NCBI GenBank assembly: GCA_963749455.1
Contig: CAVVMX010000021.1
Location: 393,354-457,353 of the forward strand
DNA from: an uncultured Chloroflexia bacterium
Lineage (GTDB): Bacteria; Chloroflexota; Anaerolineae; JAAYZQ01
Reading direction: 5' to 3'
DNA length: 64,000 nt
The position numbers and the translations under genes were made by a program. Positions within the stretch are counted from its first letter, which is position 1; each line of letters begins with the position of its first letter. Below the pieces are notes generated by a model, which worked only from the letters and a program-made list of their open reading frames with translations, was not told where the DNA came from and searched no databases. Positions 46,411 through 56,018 of the stretch are shown here, in pieces.

Positions 46411-46939
46411 TCGTTCTCCTCCTTGATTGTGAATCTGAATCAGAAACAGGCAGCGGGGATCGCCTTTGCCCTGGCGCAGGGAGTATTGGACATCCACTCC
46501 GGCATCGGGTAGCAGTGTCTCCAGCCAGGCGTTCCACACCGTCTCGCACGCCACGCACGCCTGGTCGGCGCGGGGCAGGTTGGCGCGTTTGGCGCCTTCG
46601 TAGGCGGCGCAGTGCCAGATGGTGATTTCGGCGCGGTCGGCCCCAGTCAGGGCGACTGTGGCCGACAGACCATCGCCCATGAACGCCTGGGTGTAAGTCA
46701 TCAGCAGTCGCAGTGCATCGGCCAGGTCGTCGGCCTGGCGTTTGTCGCAGCACCTTGAGCAGAGTACGCATCTCGATCCGTCCGAAGGAGGCCCTCACCC
46801 GTGCGTTGAGGTCGATGGCCGGCTCGAGGCCAAAGGCCTCGACGGTTTTCAGAAACCACTGCCCATCCCAGAAGAGCATCAGCTTGCGCAGCATCTGCGC
46901 CTGCTGAGCGTCGGACAGCACATAACTTGTGTCGGTCAT
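46381..46939 (-). CDS. hypothetical protein (~185 aa), frameshifted in the middle
   Basis: MTDTSYVLSDAQQAQMLRKLMLFWDGQWFLKTVEAFG... and ...ITIWHCAAYEGAKRANLPRADQACVACETVWNAWLETLLP in two frames. No confident family call. Confidence 0.3.
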
Positions 46940-47044
46940 GGCCGCAGTATACTACCGATCTGGGCAGAAGACAAGGCCATCTGATTTGAAGATCCGACGC
47001 CAAGTCGGGTACAATGTAAGTGCGAGACGAAAAGGAGTGAAGCG

Positions 47045-47630
47045 ATGCCGACCCGAGAAGAAGCCTGGCAGTTGGTGAACGAGTATACCAGCAATCCCGG
47101 CCTGGTACGTCACATGCTGGCCGTGGAGGCAGCGATGCGGGCCTATGCCCTCAAGTACGGACAGGATGAGGAGCCTGTGGGGCATTGTGGGCCTGGTCCA
47201 CGATTTCGATTACGAGCGCAACCCCGACCTGTCGGTGGAGGGCCACCCGGTCATCGGTGCGCGTCTGCTTCGGGAGTGGGGTTGGCCGGAGGAGATCGTC
47301 CGGGCGATACTGGCCCATGCCGGCGAGTATACCGGTGTCCAGCCCGAGTCACTGATGGAGAAAGCGCTGGTGGCCGTGGATGAGCTGACCGGTTTCCTCG
47401 TAGCGGTTGCCTTGGTGCGCCCGACCAAGGACATTCGAGATATCACCAAGATCAAGTCGGTCAAGGACAAGTGGAAGGACCGTGCCTTTGCTGCAGCGGT
47501 CAACCGGGCCGAGATCGAGCATACCTGCCAGGCGTTGGGCGTGGACCTGTGGACGGAGCACGTGCCGCTGGTGCTGGAGGCGATGCAGGCGATTGCGTCA
47601 CAGCTCGGGCTGGACGGGCAGGCAACCTAG
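47045..47630 (+). CDS. HD-domain phosphohydrolase; one frameshift near 47170
   Basis: HMLAVEAAMRAYALKYGQDEE then ...GIVGLVHDFDYERNPDLSVEGHPVIGARLLREWGWPEEIVRAILAHA (HD motif H...HD...H) in a second frame. Confidence 0.55.
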
Positions 47631-47637
47631 AAGGCGG

Positions 47638-50054
47638 TCACCGCTCTGTCTTGACCCACCACTGCTGGCCGTCCGTAATCAGCTCGATAGTACCTACCTG
47701 GTCGGTGCGAAGGACGGTGGCTCCCAGTTGGGTCAGACGATCCAGGACGGCCGTCGCCGGATGGCCAAACCGGTTGCCGGCACCGGCTGAGACAACAGCA
47801 TAGGTGGGGTGCACGGCTGCCACAAAGCCGGCGCTCGACGAGCTGTTGCTGCCGTGGTGGGCCAGCTTGAGCACGTCGGCCGACAAGCGGCTGTTCGGAC
47901 CAGATCAACGAGCTCTCTGCCTCGGCCGCAATGTCCCCTGTGAGCAGGACGCTGGCTTGCTCCCAGGTCAGCCGCAGCACAACCGATTGATCGTTGGCAT
48001 CGGCTCGTGTGTCAGCCGCTGGGTCAGGCGTTGTGGCCGGATTGAGCACCGTCAGGACGGCTCCGTCACCCAGGTCGATCTTGACCCCAGCCTGGACGAT
48101 GCTGCGAGTCACCTTTCCCCTGTCCAGTTCCTTGCTGGCATTCTTCATAGATCGCCTGGCCCTCGGCACGGCCGTTGTCGAGCCACCCGCCCACCCGGTA
48201 GCGTCTCAGCACTTCCACCAGGCCGGTGATATGATCGGCGTCGGCATGAGTCATCACCACCAGGTCGATCGACCGATCCCAGAACGGCATCTCGCTGACC
48301 CAACCCTGACGTCAGGGCCGTGGGGCTGGGGCCGCCGTCGACCAGGATCTGCTGGCCGCGCGGGGTGGTGATGAGGGTGGCATCACCCTCGCCGACGTCC
48401 AGAAAGGCGATGTGCAGCCGGCCATCGGGCAGTTGCAGGACGGCCAGCCAGATGAGCGACCACTGTCACCGGAAGCAGCCCCAGCATGACCGCTGCCGAG
48501 CCGGCGGGGCAGGCGGGCCGCCAGCCAGTTCCAGAGACGGCGGTCGTACCCCTGGCTGTAGGCCCAAACTGCGGCCAGCAGCAGGCAGTAATACAGGGCC
48601 AGCCGGCTGGCCCTGTCCGGACTGATCTGAACGGAGGCCATCGGCCAGGTGGCCAGCCAACGCACAACGGCCGTGGTATAGGCCAGGCCAAGCCATGGGA
48701 TCCAGAAGATGAGCTGGGCAATCGGTTGAAGGAAAGGGAGGAGCCCGACGAGTGTTGCCACCCCGCCGGCGATGATGATGGCCGGCTGGGCCGGCAGGAT
48801 CAGCAGGTTGGCCAGAGGCGCCACCAGCGACAACTGTCCAAAGTGATAGACGATCAGCGGGCAGGGTCAGGATCTGTGCGGCCAGCGTGACGATCAGTAG
48901 GTCGTCCAGGTAGCGAACTGCCTTCTTGGCCCTTTCCTGAGGCAGGACGCGCGCCAATCCGCGCTCAAAAAGCCGGTCCAGCGCTGGGGAGAACAGGATC
49001 AGGCCCAGGGTGGCGGCAAAGCTGAGCTGAAAGCCGACGTCCCACAGTGAGAAGGGATTGATCGCAGTCAACAGCAGGCCCGAGGCGCACAACGACACAT
49101 AGGCCGTGGCGTGGCGGCCCAGGTACAGGGCCGTCAGGTATAGGCCGGCCATCAGTGCGGCGCGAGCCACGGCCGGCTCAGCGCCGACCAGCAGCACGTA
49201 CAACCCGACGCCGCCCAGGGTGAACCAATAGGCCCGGCGCTTGCCCAACAGCCGTCCACAAGTCCGGGAAAGCAGCGCGGCGATGATGGTCAGGTTGGCG
49301 CCGCTGATGACCAGGATATGGCTGGTGCCGGTTGCGTTGAACAGGTCGTAAAGGTCGCGGGGGATGCTGGCCCGGATGCCCAGGATGATGCCCTGCAGCA
49401 GCGACGCCTCGGGCTCGGGCACCAGGCGGGCGATGGCGGCTCGAGCCCGGTCCTTGACGGCACAGAAGGCTGCCTTGATCGGGCTGCCCTGGTCCTCTGC
49501 CAGGAGCTCGATGCGTGGCCGGCCGATGTAGGAGTAGATCCCCTGACGGGCCAAGTACGCCTCGTAGGAAAAGCCCTCCATCTCGGGCGGGGTCTCCAGC
49601 AGGCCAGACACTCGCAGCCGGTCGCCATAGGCATACTCTGGCAGACGAGGGGCGCGCACCAGTACAGTCCCATGGACCGGGTAGACCTGGCCGCCGACCT
49701 CGACCGATTCGGCGCTCGAGCCGCAGGTTGGTCCAGGTGTCGCGCACGTCGGGATAGCCAGACACGACGCCCTCGACGGTCAGCCATCCGCTGTCGTTAT
49801 AGTGCGCCGACAAAGGTCTGGTCGGCCCAGTTGGGCAGGGCCGCTTGATAGCGCAGGGCGCCGGCGAGCAGGGCCAGGGCGCAGACGCCGCTCAACCGCA
49901 TGGAGCGATCTCGCCGCCACAGGACCGCGGCGGCCAATGGTATGATGGACAGGATCAGCAGTGCGGCGGGTTCGACGCCGCTGGGCGCCAGCACATAGTG
50001 GGCCAAGGACAGGCCAGCCGCCCATGCAGCTGCAACCAAGACCAGGGGAGGCAT
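47638..50054 (-). CDS. comEC: ComEC/Rec2-family DNA internalisation competence protein with C-terminal metallo-beta-lactamase domain; many frameshifts
   Basis: N-terminal TMs, competence domain (TGTSHILVISGANLTIIAALL), MBL motif VVMTHADADHITGL, C-terminal LKLAHHGSNSSSS... in colinear pieces across ORFs 49797..50141, 48466..49659, 48312..48833, 48066..48290 and 47638..47886. Confidence 0.65.
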
Positions 50055-50145
50055 GAGTGGTACTCTTTGATAGGTGAGACCTGACGGGCTGTCGGAAGAA
50101 CCCCGCCCAAGTGGGAGAGGTGGCCCGTGTGGACCTGTCAAGGCT

Positions 50146-50843
50146 CTACAGCCTGGGCATATAGTAGCCTACGCCCCGCTCAGAGCAGATGTAGCGCGGC
50201 TTCTGGGGGTCGGGTTCGATCTTGCGGCGCAGGTAGGTGGCGTATACCTTGACATTCTTGTCACCCCCTCTGATAGGCCACGTCCCAGACGTTGGCCAGG
50301 ATGCTTTCGTAGGTGAGCACCCGCCCGGCATTCTGTGCCAGGTAGAGCAGGAAACGGTACTCGGTGGGCGTGAGCCGGACCTCTTCGCCGTCGGCTACCA
50401 CCCGACGGCAGACTGGGTCGATGATCAGCTGGCCGTGGTCGAAGCTGAGCACTTGATCTGCCTGTTCGACCGGCTGAGCACACCTGCGCAGCAGGGCCTC
50501 GATGCGGGCTACCAGTTCCTCCCGGTCAAACGGTTTGGGTACATAGTCGTCAGCTCCGCCGTGCAAACCTTGCACGATCGTGCGCCACCTCTCCAAGTGC
50601 AGTCAGCATGATGACCGGCACGGTGGACATCTCGCGGATCCGTTTTAGCGTTTCCCAGCCATCCATGCCGGGCATCATGACATCGAGCAGTATCAGGTCC
50701 GGCCGTTCGTGGTACAGCAGTCGTATCGCCTGTAACCCCCCACTGGCGCTCAGGACCTCGTAGCCCCGCCGCTCTAGCATGGCTCGCAGGAGTTGCTGTA
50801 GGTCCTCTTCGTCGTCCACCACCAATAGCTTTGGTGCCATCAT
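50146..50843 (-). CDS. OmpR/PhoB-family response regulator; about 2 frameshifts
   Basis: Receiver [11 protein letters not shown]...[14 protein letters not shown] (canonical Asp pocket). Winged-helix output ([37 protein letters not shown]). No histidine kinase adjacent. Confidence 0.7.
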
Positions 50844-50999
50844 GCCTCAGGTCCGAGAGGGTCAGGACGTCGGACCAACAGATTATACCGACACCGGTGG
50901 GGAATGTCAAATCCAATAGCAGAAGGGTCTCTAGTCTTTAGGTTGGCTAACTGGAGAGAAAACAGCCGGCGCGAGGTCCCTGTCTGGCCCCCTACTCGA

Positions 51000-51389
51000 T
51001 CATGAACGGAGCTGCTCGTCAGCGGCATTCCACTCGGCGCGGCGCAGTCGGGCCAGGATCCGTGCGCATAGCTCGTTCAGAGAGGATGGCCACCGGATAT
51101 AGTCGTCGGCCCCCTGCCGCAGCCCTCGCACAGCGTCAGCCCGGTTGCGACTGGAGGAACACAGGATCAGAGGAACGCCCGATCTGGCCCGAATGTCGCG
51201 CAACAAGCTCCAATCCATCGGGTCTTCGACCTGGAGCAATATCAGGTCTGGTTGGAACGTGCCTAGAAGGGCCAGGCTGGACCTGGTTGCCGGAGCAACG
51301 TGCACGCCATAGTCCTGACCCGGAAGAAACGCTGCTACCTTGCGCGCCAGGTTGCCACGTCTTTCCAAGACCAGGATCCGGGTCGGCAC
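51000..51389 (-). CDS. stand-alone atypical receiver-domain protein (pseudo-receiver)
   Basis: CheY-like fold, but acidic pocket DD replaced (ILVLERRGNL) and the phospho-acceptor Asp position reads DLILLQVEDP (Gln). Confidence 0.5.
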   Translation of the reverse strand: MPTRILVLERRGNLARKVAAFLPGQDYGVHVAPATRSSLALLGTFQPDLILLQVEDPMDWSLLRDIRARSGVPLILCSSSRNRADAVRGLRQGADDYIRWPSSLNELCARILARLRRAEWNAADEQLRS

Positions 51390-51521
51390 GATCGCAGTCC
51401 CTTTCTCACATGACTTCTGGTTCGGGTGTCACATGGTTGCCCATGCCCACATCGCTTTCTGCGCCCTCAAGAAGCGGTTGGGCTCAACTGCACACTCTCT
51501 TGTATACCACGCAACGATTAT

Positions 51522-51554
51522 AGTCCGGCTTGAATTCGATTAGAATTCGGTTAG
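51522..51554. repeat. three tandem 11-bp direct repeats (GAATTCGATTA / GAATTCGGTTA / GAGTTCGACTG)
   Basis: Read directly from the sequence. Helical-turn periodicity in the divergent regulator/RiPP intergenic region. Confidence 0.5.
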
Positions 51555-51590
51555 AGTTCGACTGGCCAGCGGCGGCCGGGCTGTGCCAGA

Positions 51591-51630
51591 CTGTAACCGT
51601 TCTGTTACGCATCTCTAACCGGCCTGTAAC
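51591..51630 (+). promoter_or_regulatory. Pho-box-like array: four 7-bp direct repeats with 4-bp spacers (CTGTAAC-cgtt-CTGTTAC-gcat-CTCTAAC-cggc-CTGTAAC), then extended -10 TGgTACAAT 10 bp downstream
   Basis: Exact 11-bp periodicity. Resembles the PhoB binding-site architecture (CTGTCAT repeats replacing the -35, 10 bp upstream of -10). TACAAT at 51641-51646 with TG at 51638-51639. Confidence 0.45.
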
Positions 51631-51690
51631 GTGCGGGTGGTACAATCGCCTTGGTTGTGTGTGGGTACGGCAGCAGGCAGAGCGCGGGTT

Positions 51691-51719
51691 TTGACAGAAT
51701 CCTGTATCTGTGCTATTAT
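51691..51719 (+). promoter_or_regulatory. consensus sigma70 promoter (TTGACA, 17 bp, TATTAT) of the RiPP-like operon
   Basis: 33 bp upstream of ATG 51752. Confidence 0.5.
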
Positions 51720-51751
51720 CGGTTAAATACAAGGCGTAGAGAGTATCCCAA

Positions 51752-52047
51752 ATGGAAGTCCTTTCCCGGCGCTACCGCAAGAGCCCCGATCTGGTCTTTC
51801 GACAGATAGCTGGTGAGTTTGTGCTGGTGCCGATCCGGCACGACGTGGCCGACCTGGAGGCGGTATACACCCTGGCGGGGTAGGCGCGCGCATCTGGGAG
51901 CTGCTGGATGGCGAGCGGGATGGCCATGCCGTCCTGGACCAGATCGTGCAAGAGTACGACGTCACCCCTGACGAGGCCCGGACCGATCTGGTCGAGTTTC
52001 TCGGCGAGCTGGAAGCGGTGCAGGGGATAGTGCCGGTAGAGGCCTGA
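51752..52047 (+). CDS. PqqD-family RiPP recognition element (peptide chaperone); one frameshift near 51880
   Basis: MEVLSRRYRKSPDLVFRQIAGEFVLVPIRHDVADLEAVYTLAG then VGARIWELLDGERDGHAVLDQIVQEYDVTPDEARTDLVEFLGELEAVQGIVPVEA* has the PqqD/RRE layout (beta strands, then LNxxgxxIWellDG helix). Stop TGA overlaps ATG of the rSAM gene. Confidence 0.6.
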
Positions 52048-52048
52048 C

Positions 52049-53168
52049 ATGGGTGACGGGCAGAGTACAAGAAGCAGGTCGGTGCGAGATTGGATCGACC
52101 GTATCGATCAGCGCACGGGAGATCATCGCGTGCCCTGGCTCATCTCCCTGGAGCTGACCGAGCGCTGCAACCTGCGCTGTGTGCACTGCTACGTCAACCG
52201 GCCGGCCGGCGACGACGAGGTCCGCCGGAAAGAGATGACCCTGGCCGAGTGGCAGGGGATCCTGGATCAGGTAGCCGATGCCGGCACGCTGTGGCTGCTG
52301 GTGACCGGCGGCGAGCCGCTCCTCCGGCCCGATTTTCCCGACTTCTACCGGTATGCCAAGGGCAAGGGGCTGCACGTTATCCTGTTTACCAACGGTACCC
52401 TGCTGACGCCGGAGCTGGCCGACCTGCTGGCCGAGTACCCACCGTGGGAGATCGAGATCACCCTGTACGGGGCCACCGCCGAGATCTACGAGCGGGTCAC
52501 CGGCGTGCCCGGTTCCTATGACCGGTGCCGGCGGGGGATTGACCTGCTGCTGGAGCGCGGCCTGGCCCTGAACCTGAAGACGATGGCCCTGACGCTGAAC
52601 GTGCACGAGCTGCCGGCCATGCAGCGCATGGCCGACGACCTGGGGGTGCGCTTTCGCTGGGATCCGGCAGTCCACTCGCGGCTGGACGGCGACCACCGGC
52701 CGCTGGCCTGCCGCCTGTCGCCGGAGGAGATCGTCGCCCTGGAGCGGCAGGACCCCAAGCGGATGCAGCAGTGGCAGGAGTACTGCGGGCGGCCTGGCTG
52801 TCGCCGATGAGGACCGGCTCTTTATGTGTGGGGCAGGGTTGGGCACTTTTCACCTGGATCCGTATGGCGGCCTCTATCCTTGCCTTACGGCCCGCTGGCT
52901 GCGTTATGACCTCCTGCGGGGTTCGGTTAGGAAGGCGCTGGGGGAGTTTCTTCCGGCCGTGCGTGCCCTGCCGGTTGCGCCCGACAGCACGTGCCGGAAG
53001 TGCGACCTGCGGATCATCTGCCAGAACTGCCCGGCCTGGGCATATCGCGAGATAGGCGACCCTGAGGCTCCTGAACCGTTCCGTTGCGAGTTGGGCCGTC
53101 TGCGACAGACTAATCTGGGCCTGACCGTGACGTCTGCCACGGGAAAGGCACAAGCGCAGTCATGCTAA
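52049..53168 (+). CDS. radical SAM / SPASM-domain peptide-modifying enzyme; one frameshift near 52810
   Basis: CNLRCVHC (Cx3Cx2C) radical SAM cluster motif, GGEPLL. C-terminal SPASM Cys clusters (CGAGLGTFHLDPYGGLYPC, CRKCDLRIICQNCPAW). Confidence 0.75.
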
Positions 53169-53198
53169 TATCAGATCGATTAAGGAGGGATTCACGTG

Positions 53199-53309
53199 AT
53201 GACAGAAAGCAAGAAAGCGTACCAGAAACCGACCTTGGAGCGGGTGGTGCTGATCCCGCAGGAGAATGTGCTGGGAGACTGCTACCACCTCCGGCCGCAG
53301 GCGACATGA
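53199..53309 (+). CDS. candidate RiPP precursor peptide (36 aa): MTESKKAYQKPTLERVVLIPQENVLGDCYHLRPQAT
   Basis: Strong AAGGAGGG RBS 6-9 nt upstream of GTG 53196/ATG 53199. Starts 31 nt after the rSAM stop. Charged leader plus C-terminal GDCYHLR core with a single Cys. Stop TGA overlaps ATG of the kinase-like gene. Confidence 0.45.
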   Translation: MTESKKAYQKPTLERVVLIPQENVLGDCYHLRPQAT

Positions 53310-54268
53310 AGCCAGTGCGGGCCACCCATCCCGTGTCCGACAGAGCATATCGAGCTGGCCGACGGCCCACGGCTGGCCGAAGCCGTAATCGGGTAGACCT
53401 TGTGTCGTTTTCTCTGGCTCGCATCGCCGGGCTGGACCTGTGCCTTCGGTGGGAGGCGGGATGTCCCTGGAAGGGATTTCCTCCTCAGTATGATCCCTTT
53501 CGCGTTTCGGATGGCGAAGGCGCCAATGTCGAGCTCACCATTCGCGTCCTGCCGGCGCCCTCCGGCGGGAATGAGGGGCCCGGGGGGGCGGGGACCGTGC
53601 CTTCAGGCCGGCCGACTTCTGGGCCGTGTTTCCTCGCAACGGAGGCTGGCGCTTTGTCAACGGGCCCATGGCAGCTGGCAAGTGGCAGCGGGCGTTGGCC
53701 TGGTCCCCGGGATCGGGGCAGGCGCATCTGTGGCTGGAGTCCAGCGTTCCCTCTCCTGATCCGCTGGGAGACTTGACCTTGCCGTTCTTCACGGCCCTGT
53801 TCGCCCATCACCACGGCCTCCTGCTCCACGCTGCGGCTGTGGAGGTAGACGGGCGGGCGTGGGTCTTTGCCGGGCCGTCGGGCACGGGCAAGAGCCATTG
53901 GTCCCGGCAGTGGCAGGACCGTGGCATGACCGTGCTCGACGAGGACCGTGATCGTGCTGCGTCAGTTGGATGGGCAAGTGTGGGCCTTTGGCACGCCGTG
54001 GCACGCCGAGCCCCGCCTCTGCTCGCCGCGCGGAGCGCCGGTGGAGCGGATCTTTTTCCTGCGGCAGGCCGAGACGGACACGGTGCAGGAGGTCCGGCAG
54101 GCGGCGGGGACCGCGCTGCTCATCCGCTCCTCGCAGTTGCCTCTCTGGGATCCAGAAGGGATGCAGACGGTCCTCGACGTCGCCGGGCAGGCGGCGACCC
54201 AGGCGCGGCTCTTTGGCCTTGGCCGCATGACTGACGATGGTCTGCTCGATCGCGTGATGGCGCTGTAG
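53306..54268 (+). CDS. HprK-related kinase-like P-loop protein (serine-kinase fold), about 2-3 frameshifts
   Basis: P-loop AGPSGTGKSHWS followed by GTPWHAE. Overall HPr kinase C-terminal-domain-like layout, distributed over ORFs 53162..53776, 53626..54234 and 53948..54268. Confidence 0.45.
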
Positions 54269-54285
54269 CTCGAGGGCTATTCAGC

Positions 54286-54329
54286 CCAACAACGAAGAGG
54301 CGGCCACGCGGCCGCCTCTTCGTTGTTGG
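54286..54329 (+). terminator. 20-bp perfect stem-loop at the end of the RiPP-like operon
   Basis: CCAACAACGAAGAGGCGGCC-acgc-GGCCGCCTCTTCGTTGTTGG. No clean U-tract (followed by TCATTCT). Confidence 0.4.
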
Positions 54330-54384
54330 TCATTCTGACCAAGTGTTGGTCTCTGCTATGCCGATCCTCTCTGGTGGCCCCGTA

Positions 54385-54413
54385 TTGACTCGGGCGCCGA
54401 CTTGCGTTATACT
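54385..54413 (+). promoter_or_regulatory. sigma70-like promoter of the GH1 gene (TTGACT, 17 bp, TATACT)
   Basis: 72 bp upstream of TTG 54486. Confidence 0.45.
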
Positions 54414-54485
54414 GCGTCTGCCTCAGAACAAGCTGGCTCCGGCGCGCGGTCGCGGCCGAGTTTGCCTACATAGGAGATACGGAAC

Positions 54486-55849
54486 TTGGACGATTTCGAG
54501 GGAGACTTGCTGACCTTCCCGGCAGGGTTCGCCTGGGGTGTTGCTACTGCTGCCTACCAGATCGAGGGGGCGTGGAACGAAGGCGGCCGCGGCCTGTCGA
54601 TTTGGGACACCTTCTGCCGCCGGCCGGGCAAGGTGCACAACGGCGACACCGGCGATGTGGCCGATGATCACTATCACCGCTGGGCTGAGGACGTGGCCAT
54701 CATGGCCGAGCTGGGCGTGAACGCCTATCGCTTTTCGATCTCCTGGCCGCGCGTCCTGCCCGATGGCAAGAGTGTCATCAACCTGGCGGGCCTCGATTTC
54801 TACGACCGGTTGGTGGAGGCGCTGCTGGCCAGAGGCATTACCCCCTTTGTCACGCTCTACCACTGGGACCTGCCCCAGGCGCTTCAGGATCAGGTGGGGG
54901 CTGGGCCAGCCGCGACACGGCCCGCTATTTTGCCGACTATGCCCACCTTGTCGGCAGGCGCCTCGGTGACCGGGTGAAGCACTGGATCACCCACAACGAG
55001 CCGTTCGTCGTCGTGTTCCTTGGGCATCAGACGGGACGCACGCACCGGGCGTGCAGGACCAGGCCGTCGCCTCCGCCGTTCGCCATCACCTGCTGCTGTC
55101 GCACGGCTACGCTGTGGGCGCGCTGCGCGACGCAGTCCAGGATGCACAGGTCGGCATCACGCTGGACCTCTACCCTGTCCATCCTGCCTCGGATTCCGAG
55201 GCAGGATCAGGAAGCCGCCAGGCGATTTGACGGCATGCACAACCGCATCTATCTCGACCCGGTCCTGCGCGGCAGCTATCCTGACGACATGGTCGCTCTC
55301 TTGGGCCCGCACTTTCCCCAGATTCAGCCGGGGGACATGGAGGTGATCTCGACCCCGATCGATTTCCTGGGAGTGAACTACTACAGCCGCTCGGTCGTCA
55401 AGCACGATCCCGATTCGTCCTTTATCCAGATGGCGTGGGTGCGCCCGCAAGGCAGCGACTATTCGGAGATGTGGGAGATCTACCCGCCCGGGATCTATGA
55501 GATGCTGACCCGCCTCCAGGCAGACTACCAGCTCAAGAAGATCTATATCACAGAGAACGGCATTCCTGTGCCTGACGTGCTGACCGCAGACGGGCAGGTG
55601 CACGACCAACAGCGGATCAGGTACATCCGCGATCACCTGGCCCAGCTCCATCGGGCCATCGCCGATGGCGTTCCGCTGCGCGGCTACTTTGCCTGGTCCA
55701 TGCTGGACAATTTCGAGTGGGCGCACGGCTACAAGATGCGTTTTGGATTGGTGTACGTGGATTATGCCACGCAAGTGCGGACGATCAAGGACAGCGGCCG
55801 GTGGTATGCGCGCGTCGCTCGGGAGAATGCCATACGGGCCCGGCGGTAG
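54486..55849 (+). CDS. glycoside hydrolase family 1 beta-glucosidase; about 3 frameshifts
   Basis: TTG start after AGGAGA RBS. GH1 blocks ([20 protein letters not shown], acid/base region TLNEP-like ITHNEPFVV, nucleophile ITENG). Confidence 0.75.
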
Positions 55850-56018
55850 AAGGCGGCTGAAACCCATGCGGCGAAGGCATGTTGCACAACTGTCCGTCTC
55901 GTGGTAAGCTACAGGCGTCAATGTCTACCCGCTCTCGCCGGACCGTGCTGAGCGAGCGCATGAACATGTCCTTGACACAGCAGCGTTGCAGTTGGCAGCC
56001 TGGATGGAGGTGAAAGGT

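Noticed and set aside
53162-53776. 204-aa ORF 53162..53776 as a separate gene downstream of the rSAM gene
   Set aside because: Its 5' part is out of frame with the strong-RBS 36-codon ORF and reads as low-complexity text. Downstream parts are better explained as frameshifted pieces of the HprK-like kinase gene.
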